This document shows positions 25,802 through 38,114 of a stretch of DNA of 64,000 bases, piece by piece; positions within the stretch are counted from its first letter, which is position 1; each line of letters opens with the position of its first letter. The position numbers were made by a program, and so were the translations under genes. Origin of the DNA: Azolla caroliniana. Its lineage: Eukaryota; Plantae; Polypodiophyta. The stretch is taken from NCBI GenBank assembly GCA_043228905.1, contig JBHGNT010000018.1, forward strand, positions 3,038,001 through 3,102,000, in the 5' to 3' direction. The notes under the pieces are model-generated. The model was not told the DNA's origin. It saw nothing but the letters and a program-made list of their open reading frames with translations, and ran no database searches.

Positions 25802-28724
25802 GAACATGGAAATGAAGTTTCATCTCAAACGACATATAAATCTACGAGAGCATGCCTACTTAGTTTGAGTTTGTCAATTATCTCATCTCTGGTTGAATTC
25901 ACAAAATATCCCGATGATTTTAAGGTTTTGGATTAAGTTACAATTAACAGTGCTGCTATACTATTAGTGGACTTGTGGACATAGGATTGTATCAGAAGTC
26001 TAGAGTGTAAATCTTGCATTTTATGCTGGATTTAAAAACAATACCCCCAAACCTAGTTTTAAGCTTTTGGATCAAGTGACACACATGTATTGCTAATGGG
26101 CATTTTGGACCTAGAACTCACTCACATAAGTTGGGTAAGGATTTGCAAACTTGCTGTCTGTGAGCTAACGTTCCTTTGGACCTATGGATGCATATTGAGT
26201 TGCCAACAGGCTATCATGAGTGCAACAGTGCACTTTTGTTGTCAAGTCTATGCATTTATTGTTAGTATTCTTTACATCAATTAATAAGAGGTGACTCAAT
26301 TGCCGAACATTTAAATTCTAAGATTCATGTTTTGCTAATTTTGAAAGATATTTGAGGCACGAGTTCATGTTTTTCGTAATTCTCACACCGTCAATCTGGT
26401 GAATTATGTTTGAGCACATTTAATTGAGATTTAAATGTTCTTTGTCGATGTTTGCATGTGATAAGTGTTTTTTTGTATGGATTTCACTTGTTTCAGATGA
26501 CAATAAAGAAGCATGAAATCGTTATTGTATACTCTTCCAATTTTCAATTCTAAGCTTTGATTGTGGAATGCGTACATTGTTGCTAGCTTCACTCATCAAG
26601 ATGAAACCCCATGGCAAAACTAGTCTTAAAATTGTAGGCAGTTATGGTTGATTCTTCTACTCATACTCATGTAGTTGTAAATCTGAATGGACTTTGGACA
26701 TGTGGACAACATAATCTCCCATCCCAATCAATGTCATGCTATAGATCAAAACTTTGTGAAAGAAACATTTGATAAATTATAGTACTTGAACAAAAGAATA
26801 TGAATAGGAAAGTTTTTGAACAAATTGTAGCATGCAATTGGAGTCTGCTTGAAGCAATGTATCTACACAAAACAAAGTATGTACTTGGAAGAAAATATCC
26901 AACCAAAGTATGTATTGTGGAAGAGGTGACAATCACATGCGAAAATATTGAAACAAAACTAGAACCACTAAAGAATAAAGTGAGATTAGGATCTCCTTGG
27001 CCATCCCAAGGGTTAAGATTATAGGGGAGCCAAACCTTGGGATGCATTGTTAAGTACCTATCGCACATATGATTCTATGAAGCCCCATGAAGACATTAGC
27101 ATTGGTGTTAGCACTAGAAAAGATGGAAAGAACAAAAATTATTCCAGAGCTTTAGGCCAAATTGCCACCCAATGCGAAAGGAGACAAACCTTTTCTTAAA
27201 AGCTATAAAAGTCATCTTCGTGACTTTTTAGATTCTTCTTTACGTTGGGTTTCCTCTCCTCTCATAACCTAAGCTAGAGCACTCTCCCTTTTCTTTATCA
27301 CCGACTATAGTGAGTTGAGTAATTAGGGTTCAACATTAATTAGCTAAGTCCTAATCAATCCTCCTTTTCTATGTCTTGTGTGGATTCTTCTATTAATTGT
27401 GGCGTGGTTAACATTACTAAGTATAATACTTGTCGTATATAGACGTTTACACCATTTTCGAGGACTCAATTAGCTTCCTTATTAGGTTTAGCATAAGGAA
27501 GTATGAGCAAGAGTTTGCGAGGTTAGGGTTTGTCAAGGTTGTGGCTTGAGAGCAATTGACAATAGCTCTTGCCTTGTTCGCCACCTATAGGGTATATGGA
27601 CGTCGGAGCCCCTTGACTAACAATATTGACGTGGAAGCAAAATTCTGGTGAATGACTTAGAGCCAACATAAGCATAAATAACTATTTTCAATCTAAGGTG
27701 GAAAAGGCAAAGTAGAGAGATTATATATGTATATAAATCCATGGGAGCATTAAGTGCATTTCCTTTGGCATTGAGGTTATCTAATATCTAATAGCCATGT
27801 TTATTAGATATGTTAGGTACAATATGGGCACGAAACATATGTAACATGTTGATATGGGTTAAGTACCTCCCACATATTGTTTAATACTTGAAAATACTTA
27901 CTTCGAATATAATTTATTAAATAATTCGAGCCATTTTTTAGCACATTTACAATCTAAAATACTTGCAATTATAATAGGTTTATTGTTTTAAACAATAGTT
28001 CATACTGTGCTACTCTAATTCCACTTGATATATATGTGCTTCACTTTAGTAGTGGAATTTAAGATCTAGGATTAAACATAAATTTTTAATGAGGATCAAG
28101 AACAAACTATTATTGGGCTATTATGTTGCAACTTTAGGTTTTGTTAACCATGATAATTTGTCTCACGCTTTTCAATGGGTTTTTTTTGTTATGAAGCCAT
28201 AGCTTTAAACTCCTTTTTAATGACCTCCATGGAATATCACACCATAACCATAAGTTGAACGAATAACTGATCTAGTGATTCTCACAATTGAGCTCTACAA
28301 GCATCTAGTCCTTAGAGGTGTTGCCTTTATGACGACCAATCTTACATCCCCTTAGAGGTTTTGCCTGGCCATAAGATCCTCACTAGTTTAGAGACAACAA
28401 ATAATTATCGTGTATTGTCATGTTGGTTTAAACGTTAACCATAGAGGCATTATCATCAAATTATATTCATTGATTACCCTTTTTATTCTCTCATAATGGA
28501 AACATAACTAACGGCCTTTTTATTCTCTCATAATGGAAACATAACTAACGGTCGGTCTAATTTCATTCGTGTTCCTTAGTTCATTTATTTTTCTCTACAC
28601 TCTAATGATTTCCATTAGTTATTGATTTGTTGCAATTTTTTTCTCATCTTCTTCCATGTAATGACTTGACTCCTTCATTAGTGTCTTGTTATTTTCTCTC
28701 TCTCTCTCTCTCTTATTGTAATTA

Positions 28725-28790
28725 ACTTACTCTAGTGGTAAGTTGTTAACACTACAAGCATTGCTTGTGTCTTGGGTTCAAAACCCAGTT
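28725..28790 (+). other. tRNA-like Pol III A/B-box remnant (SINE head or tRNA pseudogene)
   Basis: tactctagtggtaag (A-box-like) ... ttggg-ttcaaaa-cccag (T-arm/B-box-like). No intact cloverleaf. Confidence 0.4.
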
Positions 28791-28850
28791 TTCTCACTTC
28801 TCTCTATTATATACTTCATATATCTCTCTTAATTCACTAGATGCCATTAT

Positions 28851-28920
28851 GGAATGTAGGGCTTGAACCCATGACCACCTGGTCTCCATTGGGCAACCTT
28901 ACCAACTGAGCTACATCTGG
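28851..28920 (-). other. tRNA-derived element (SINE head or tRNA pseudogene)
   Basis: Minus strand ccagatgTAGCTCAGTTGGtaag...atgGGTTCAAGCCcta gives canonical A and B boxes at tRNA spacing. Acceptor and anticodon stems do not pair properly. Confidence 0.6.
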
Positions 28921-28921
28921 G

Positions 28922-28974
<53 letters not shown>

Positions 28975-29017
28975 TCACTCACTCACTCACTCACTCACTC
29001 ACTCACTCACTCACTCA
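28921..29017. repeat. Compound microsatellite (CT)n(CA)n(TCAC)n
   Basis: Directly visible. Confidence 0.95.
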
Positions 29018-29980
29018 TAAATCCTTCATAACCAAGAAATCAACAAAGAAAGCCCTAAGAAAAATCACCTTCTCCTTGTTGGCTGTTGGCCTTAGCGAAA
29101 TTTTGAAATTTCTATTTTTTGTTTGTAGATGTCGCGAATGTAAACATTCATTGAGTAGTTCTTTATCTCAACTACAACTAACTGTCATTGATATCTATTG
29201 AGTACTTGTTGGAATGATTTTCATAATTTAGTGGTTTATTCATACTCTTTAATAACTGCTAGCAATTTATAAGTTTTCATCTTCCATGTCAAGTCTCTTA
29301 ACTTTTAGGAAACCTCTCTATTGTATTGATTTCCTATCATTTATTCATTATCTCTAGCATGTTGAGATTTGTTCGCTCCTAAAGATTGTAAGAACTATTT
29401 GTCAAAAAATGTGATATCCTCTTGGTGTCTACTAGTCCATGGACAAGACATGAGGACAATGGAAGTTAGGGGAGTTTGGTGTGGTTCAAATGGCAAGCTC
29501 ACATTTAAGTATCCAATCTAAGCTTGGATTTGTTCATTTTGGAAGCGTCCCTCTCTTATCAAATATCGAATCATATCACTCAAAATTTGATGAAGGTAAG
29601 AAATCAAATTTCCTTTTGACTTTCAAAGGCCCCCAACTCACATATAAATAGCCCATATTGTGTATGAGTATAAATACACGTAGGGCAAAACCTCATTTGA
29701 TGTATGCAAGTTAGATGTGCTCTATAGAAGATAATAAAGGTGTAGCATTCCTTCTTCTTCCAATGGAATATTCTATCTATTGATTTTCTAAACCTAAGCC
29801 TTCTTGAATGCTATGACATTATAAAAATCGAAATGCTTACTTCTTATGAAAACTTTCGTACAACAATTGTTACATTGGCCTTGCTTAGCCACACAAATTC
29901 TCTCACAAAAGTCTAAATGCTTACTTCTTATCAAAACGTCCCATACAAAATTGTTGCATTTTCCTCGCTTAGCCACACAA

Positions 29981-30030
<50 letters not shown>

Positions 30031-31894
30031 ACACACATTACGATGTGAGACAAGACCTTGGGGTGCAAGTGATGACAGTGGTCGCCTATGCATACTTTAC
30101 CCTAAACACGTTCAAAGTCTGAATATCACAATTTGATACAATGCGCTATGATCATATTCAACCATGCTTTCCACACATCTTTGACCAAAGCCAATCCTTG
30201 CACGATTTTCTCTCACAACCACAATGTGCACTCTCTTGATTGCAACAATTATTGGTGAAGTTCTTGAACATGGAGAATCGCTACTCACTTTCACATGTAT
30301 TAAGTGAAATATAATATTTTTGGTCTCATAGGTAATATTTGAGCTTTGAGGACGATAATAGAATCTCTCTCACTCTCTCTCTAGTTTAATCCTAACCACA
30401 AGCTCAACCTTGTTCTAAACATCACAATCAATCTCCCATGGTCGTTAAAGATATTTACCTTGGAGAAACAAAAGCTTACGCAAATTATACGATCATTGTT
30501 AGGATTACCAACCTTGAAACAATACAATTCGTTTATAGAAATATGGCATAACATCAAATCCAATGCAAGCAAGCTTATTTATTTGGAATTCTTTACATTT
30601 TGGTTTATTTTAATCATATATGCATCTTGTGCAAAACCTTAGTTCGCTAATACTTCAAATTGCAAGTGCTTCTTATATGTTTTCCCAATTTGATTGTGAA
30701 TCACCAAGTTGGGGAATCAATTTCTATGCATATGATGTTTTATACTTGCTCTCTATTGTTGGAGATCGTATAATTCAATGTCTATGTTAACCATGACAAA
30801 TCAACACATGGATGGCCAAAGTGTTGCTTTTCCCACGCAAGGCAAGATTCTCAACTAGAACCTATGCTTGAACTATAGTGTTGTTCTCTATGGATTTCAT
30901 CCATGATAGCAATCAATGTGACAATAAACGCATAATCCATGCCTGGATGTACAAGAACCACAAACACATTTTTCTCCAAAGGCAAGCTTGTATCCGTATA
31001 TTTCCTCCTAACCTACAAAATAGCCAAAATGCTTTTGTTAAATGTCAGACTCAAAACACATTTGTTGTGGCTTGGAGAACGATGCAAAGTTCTCATTAAA
31101 TGCTTTAGAGAGCAATGTTCATTATGATCATTCCAAGCTCATTATGAGCAATGAATATAGGCGTGGACAAAATGCTTCAAAGAGCAATGTTCACAAGGAC
31201 CGTTCAAAGTTTGTAATGAGCAATGAATGTAAGAATGGGCAGACGTCAAAGCACGCTTTTAAGGGAAGCAACAATAAATCAAAGATGGTGTGATAAAATC
31301 ATCACCTCGGCAACAATTTGGGATTCGTGAAAGATGGTGCAATTCCTTTCCAGATAGTTCCCTTTCACTTTGAATTGGGGCTTGCTCCCTTTCTTGTGTG
31401 ATGCTAGGAAGACATGCAAGGAAGTCTTGACTTGAAAATAGGTCGACCTTTTCACATGGAAGAGCGCTTCTTCAGGGTTTGGCAACTCGCCGCGGAACAC
31501 ATCCCACCTGTTGTACAAACTTAGCGCCTACATACATACCAATAAGCCAAGACACACAAGAGCATCAAAGAGTGATGTGAGCACCTCCAAACCCACAACC
31601 TACAATAAAAGTGGATTGAAGAGAAGCGAATCGAAGGCGCACACCCGTGCGAAAACACAAAAGTAGATTGAAGTGAAGCAAATTGAAGGCGCACACTCGT
31701 GCAGAAACACAAAAGCAACTTCAGGAGCCCACCATATTCCAAACGCAAAAGCAAAGGAAACTGGCATTGGAAGTGCATAAGCTAAAAGCCAAAAAGCCAA
31801 AAATGGTGCAAGACAAATACCAAAAAGAAAAAACGGCTTCAAAGAAAAAGAGCACTAAAAAAGAAATAGCACGAGCCTCATTAAAAATATACAA

Positions 31895-32370
31895 GACTAA
31901 TACTCACACTAATACTAATGCTAATCCTAATCTTAATCCTAATTCTAATGTTAACGCCAATACTAGTACTAATACCCAATGAAATACTAGCACTAATACC
32001 CAATGAATAAACATATAGGGTTATAATTAGGCATAATTAGTGTTGTTTGGGTATTTTTAATGCATATACAAAAGCTAATGTATTAGTATTTTAATGTATT
32101 AGCTAATGCTAATACCAATACCAATACCAATACCAATCCCAATACCAATACTAATACTTATACTAATATTAATACCCAATGAATAAATGTATAGGATTAA
32201 AATTAAGCATAATTAGTGTTTGGGTATTTTTAATGCATACAAAAAAGCTAATGTATTAGCATTAGCATTAGCTAATGCTAATACTAATACTCATACTCAA
32301 TGAATAAATGTATAGGATTAAAATTAGGCATAATTAGTGTTGTTTGGGTATTTTCAATGCATACACAAAT
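31895..32370. repeat. (ACTAAT/ACCAAT)n low-complexity tract interleaved with three copies of a ~90-bp unit
   Basis: caatgaataaa..tatagg.tta.aatta.gcataattagtgtt...tgggtatttt.aatgcata at ~32001, ~32177 and ~32298. Confidence 0.85.
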
Positions 32371-32865
32371 TTAAAGACAAGAATTGAGTGTTCTGGGGTG
32401 TTTTAATGGTGGTGATGGCACCGGGTCATGGCAGGAATAGATCCAGAAGAAAGGGGTAGAGAGGGGCACCTTTCTATGGGCACAGAGGATGGGGACGCGC
32501 GCAGAGTCGAGGACGAGGACACGATTACATAGCTTCGGCGGCACATATAAGCTCTTCATGTGGCGGCTATGGCGGCGGCGCGAAGAAGGAGGCGGAGGAG
32601 GAGGAGCCGAAAGCATGGTGAGGAGGATGTCATCCCGAGGATCCCTAACCAACATATTCGACACATCGGCTTCATCGTAATAAGAATCACCATGGATTTT
32701 GGCCCCCCCATACTTATTATATTCCTGCTTCTTTGAGATGGTGAGCTGTAGAGGAAAGCGCACCGCGAATCGGGATGATCCCACCAAATCCATCTTCATC
32801 ACCATAGATTCATCGGAAGAATAACAAGAAGCTGAAGTATTGATACTAGTATGAACCTCTCGGAT

Positions 32866-32898
<33 letters not shown>

Positions 32899-32952
32899 TT
32901 TTTCTTCTTCTTCTTCTTCTTCTTTTTGATTCCCCTGTTTCTCCATAGCCAT
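32371..32952 (-). CDS. Hypothetical protein, ~193 aa, poly-E/D N-terminus and poly-P; family not recognised
   Basis: Long GC-elevated ORF in an AT-rich background; gccATGg start context; pyrimidine-rich 5'UTR-like sequence upstream. No domain recognised. Confidence 0.5.
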
Positions 32953-33133
32953 GGCTAGTATTCCTTCATGCTTGAAGAACAGGAACAGAGGGCAATCTCT
33001 TCTTCTAGTAAGCAAAAGAAAAAACAAAACATAAAAGAGGAAAAAAGAGAAGAAGGAGAGATGAAAGAAGGGGGCAAAAAAGTTCTTAACCTTTTATTTT
33101 GTTTTTGTATACATAAAGAGAGAAGGATAATAG

Positions 33134-33154
33134 ATATATATATATATACAGTGT

Positions 33155-33194
<40 letters not shown>

Positions 33195-33256
33195 GTGTAT
33201 ATGTATGTGTATGTGTATGTGTATATGTATATGTATATGTATATGTATTACATATG
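33134..33256. repeat. (AT)n/(ATATGT)n microsatellite
   Basis: Directly visible. Confidence 0.95.
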
Positions 33257-36200
33257 TGAATTAGCCTAAAGTTAAACTCCAAATCATTCATTGCATTTGC
33301 TATGTAAATAAGGTAAGAAAGTTGTAATAAATTGACTTGTAGAAGTGAATGTTTAGTATGTTCATAAGAATGGCAAATGTCTGAGAGTTTTTCACCATTA
33401 CAAAACCTTTTACGATACTTGTGATTTGAGAGGTTTAGTGGCCGAGCAATCAATGATTAGTGAACATTGCATCGTTGGCCTCGTAAAAAAAAAAAGACAG
33501 ACATGTATGGCCTTGATTCATCTTTTCAACATGGACATGGCATGTTCTAGAATACTACTATGTTACGATGCCCAATGCCTGGGTGCATAAGTTTCTTTAC
33601 AAGGCACACATGTATACGTATGGTTTGTTGGGCATATACACAATCATGGATTCATAGAATATAATACGCACTAAAGGTGTGTAGTGTGTGAATTGAAGTT
33701 TAAATGCGTTTTCACCACTTGACAAGGAAATGTTTGTCTATGTATGGTTGTTGTTATGAGCTCAAGCCAATCTCTTCAATGTTGTACTACTCCTATGATT
33801 GTGGGGCTGTTTTTTAGTACAAAGAAGCATATCATAGTGCAAAACCCCATGTTTCGACCAAAAGTACAAACTAAAGCAAAGAAATAATATATCGGGTTGC
33901 ATCTTGCCACATAAAACACACATAAACATGGGCGTTTCAAAATAATTGATTTGAATATGAGACAACGTATTGCCCTCACGATCATGAATAATTTTGCCTC
34001 TTTACAAATCAAAACTTCTCAATGTGTCAATTGAATCAAATTAGGTAGGACGAGGTTGATGAGGGAGAAGCATTCAATAACCTTGTGACAATATCCTATG
34101 TATGTCACGTTCGCTCATCCTTGTTGTTAATAAATGTCATTCATTTGGCATCTAGTATTTGGGATTTTGGAAATTATGTGCCTTGCTTGACAATTATAAC
34201 ACTAGAGGAGTAGTTCTATACATATAAATTATAATAAGTTTGAATAATTTAATTCATATATAAATAAATTATACATGGGCCTTTTTGAATACATAACCTT
34301 CACTCATTGACATGTCACAACGTTGACTTCTATACCATTTTGTGTGTTTGCATTATAGCCTTCCATTGCTCGATATAGGGCATCTCCATAGTGAACTATA
34401 TCCCTAGTTGTAATTCATCTTCAATCCAAACACTGTGATAGTTGTATGAATTGATTTATTCGGGACTGTAAACCATGCTTTCTTTTACATCATTTGTCCA
34501 TTTTTCTTACAACATTGCTTTCATTTCTCATACTCTTTGGCTGATTGAATAATATTGACACAATATTTAATTAGATCGTCATCCATTAAGTCATTGTTTG
34601 TGTGGTAAATTATGCCAAAATAAAGTGAAGTATAAGGGGAAAAGAAAGAGAATGTCGGTTTTTTGATAATTGATTTAATGCTCCTTGGCAATGATCAATC
34701 AAATTTTCTATAGAAGAGAATACAATTTATGCATAACATCCTAGATAAGTCATTATTATAAATCTTCAATCAACTAATTTGTTTTATTACTTGTGTGTTG
34801 GTTGCATCATGTTCTATTATAACATACCATCATGAAAATGCATATTAGTGGTTAGCATTAACATCTAATTAGGTGTCTAACAAATTGGTCGATAATTATT
34901 CATACCCCATATAGAATAAGGTGTTTGAACCCATGATATGGAAAAGGTGTTTCCTGGAAATTGAAGTAAGAAAATGTATGTGTCGACTGTGTCTTATCTA
35001 TAGGATTTAAAGGACATGGTACCTAAATTTGTAATGTAGAAATAAACTGAAGTCACATTTCAAATGCAAAATTGCCTTGCGAATTTATTTACATTTGAAT
35101 GATATGCAATCAGCAAAGATCCCAATCTATTGGACATTCACTCTGCTTTTAGAACCGACATCAATATGGGACCTTACCTTGTATTGGGTAAACGACACTT
35201 AAAACCGACTTCTCTAGACATAAAGCATCACCCTTAGTTGTAGGAATGTGACCTTAATGCATACTTTAGAATTCAAGTCATACTCCGACTATGCTTACAT
35301 TCGAAATATTTGATCTATATGTCTTTCCTTAGTGAAGCTGAATGGAATCTAAAAATAAATGAACTCCGTCAAAAAAACTTTCTTTGCATCTTTCTAGACT
35401 TTGTGTGTTTGCTTTAATTGCAAGACTAACTAAACGACAATAAATAGACATAAGAACTTATAGAACCTTTGAATGAATTGTAAAATATGACAATCATGAT
35501 GGTTCATCGTTCAACTTGGAAAAAAGGGTTGTGTGCATTGTGAATAACATACAAATAGTATTGAGTAAAGAACTAAACATTTTATAAGATTCCTTTACAA
35601 GTTCTCTTTACATAGGAAACACACACACACACACACACTTATAGTAACCATTCATAGCGTCTTACAAACAATTTCTCCTTACATGAAGTTTTGTGTATCA
35701 TACCTTCATAGTAAATGAGTTTTACATACAATTTTAACAGATTTAATACATCGTCGCACCATTTCATGAAGACCCCAAATCATTTATAGAAGAGATTAGT
35801 TAAGATGTGCAATGTGACAATAAATTATTTGAGCAGTGTTATGAGAATCGAGAGATGTTATGCCCTATATTTGAGCAACATACAATTCGGTTGTAGCAAA
35901 ACCACACAAGCACCCAAACTAGCTTTGATACATGAGGGCCATTGTCTAAACTTGAGAAGCAACAACATTGAGCAATTTGACTATGTTTCTATTGTGGTGG
36001 TTGTAGACACATTCGGTGATTTATCCACATCAAGTAAATCAACTAAGAGCCCATGAAAAATTGGTTTCTTGTTCTTTGGTTGGTTCAAATAGTAAGCCTA
36101 CGACCCTAATCCAGAATAATAGTTTTAACATTTACGAACTGACCAAAACATGTGACAATGGGTAAGTCTAGCCAAAACCAAAGCCATCCAATTAGACAAT

Positions 36201-37868
36201 CCCATATAGGTAGTCCATTCATAGCGTTGGTTCCATTTCAACCAATTGAGTTGACATTGCTTTTGGGGCACAATATGAGCTTAGTACGTCTAAGAGTAAT
36301 GAACACCCCTACCCCTAGATAAGACATTGAAGATGCACCATACTACTTGACACTCGTTACCTCCTCCACCATATGCGATTCCTCGCATTGACTTCATTAT
36401 CATTATCGTGTGCAACTTGGTTTGTTGTTGTGCTCATGACTAACCAATGGAAGCATTTTGTTTCAAGACATAAAGATATCCAAGGGCTCAAAGGTATCTA
36501 TGGCTTCTCATAAAATAGAGTAATTGCATGTGGATGAAGAGGTCACAATTTCTAGTTCCATCAGACCTCTAGGAAACATATACATGTTGTGATGTGGCGA
36601 TGTGCATGTGAGGATTCGAGATATTCCATGTATTGAATTGTATGGTTTTTGTTTATGCTTTGCATGATTCCTTTTGAGGGGTATAAATAAACCGTTAGCC
36701 CATTGTAAGGATGTGTGGGGGAGAGGTCATGATAAGCAAGCATATATATTTCATCTTGGGGTAATCACTCTCCTTTCTTCTTTATTTTAGCTCTATATTT
36801 CTATATTTTCTAGAAACTTTTTGCTATCAATATCTCTATCTCTATATGGTTATCCCATGATCACTCCAACAAGGAACAAGGAATAGGGCCCAACTTATTG
36901 GTCTTGCTACCTCATTATATATTGGTGAACCTTATGTGAAATTGCGTTGGTAAAGGTTGATATGACAATAGACCAATTAGAGTTTATGGTATGAATGTAT
37001 TTGACTATGATGCAAATGGTTGGAGAGAAATGGGTAATGAATCAGGTGGAAACTAACACCATGGAAAGATTTCAACCCATCACACAAAATATAAGAGAGT
37101 TCAAAGGGCAAAAGGCACATAGTTATCTTGGTGAATTCGAACAGAAAAGAAAAGTACTAGGAGTTGCAGATCAAGAAATGGTTGGTTGCTTCCACAAAAT
37201 TACATCACCGGATGAAATCTAAAAAGACAATAGTGGATGATGGAGCGCTTTCAAGCAACCTTTCCTTGTTGAATTCACTTTGGATGATGATTCTTGAGTA
37301 ACAAGAAGAAGTTTTTTGGATTGGGTGGCATCAAGAAACAAAGGTTTGTCTGTTTTGGATCTACATCAAGAGTTTAAAAGCATCTTCACAATGTTACAAC
37401 TAGAGAAAAGTCCTATTGCTCTTGCAATCCACAAAAGATGAGAAGAAGAGGCAACTAGAGATCTTATTATAAGATTGTAATAGTTAGAATGGTTTCGATG
37501 TAGATTGTGACAAATATTAACGAATGCATGTAGGAGGCTTCATAATCGAGCTCAAAGAAAAACCGAGGTGCTTCAACAAGATGAAGATGTGGGGGGTCAT
37601 CAAAAGAATCATAATCACATGTTAGTTAGACCTCTAGCAACAAAAGTATGTGTTGAGGATATGCTTGGTAAGTAATTGAAGGAATCTAGGTATTTGACAA
37701 GTTCTATTATAAATCAATATGCCCCGATTAGTTGGGCTCTTGCCTTTGAGTTGGGCGGCTACAGAGTTTGAAGTCGGGCTTCTGCTTTTGAGTCGGGTGA
37801 CTGTAGAGTTCGAAATTGGGCTTTTGTCTTTGAGTTGGGCTATTGAGAAATGAATGGTCGGGAATCTC

Positions 37869-38114
37869 ATAGTACGTAAAATTTGTGTTCGTCTAGTATA
37901 ACATTCGTTTTCCTACGTTGGAAAACGAATGCGAATGTTATTCAAACATTCTTTTTTTTGTTTTTTTTCCCATTTTTTTAATGTTTTTTTTTGTTTTTTT
38001 CCATTTTTAGGCTTATTTACCTCATAATAAATAGTTAATCCAAAAGTATGGTATTTATCATTCTTTGAGGGTGTTTTTCTTTCGCGAAAGATTGAACGTA
38101 TGGTTCATACTATG
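37869..38114 (+). mobile_element. CATAGTA-ended MITE family, copy 3, abutting the L1 fragment
   Basis: Starts catagtacgta and ends ttcatactatg (imperfect ~11-bp TIR). Internally the reverse complement of ~17990-18267 with a deletion. Confidence 0.75.

Noticed and set aside
26680-27700. Possible solo LTR
   Set aside because: LTR-like composition and a TATA motif, but no TG...CA ends, TSD or second copy could be identified.
28851-28920. Functional tRNA gene
   Set aside because: A and B boxes are present, but the acceptor and anticodon stems do not pair.
32968-33453. ORFs with CI/YT dipeptide repeats
   Set aside because: Artefacts of the (ATATGT)n microsatellite.
36560-37860. LTR plus gag remnant with 42-bp repeats
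   Set aside because: Suggestive only; no recognisable protein motif, PBS or paired LTR.
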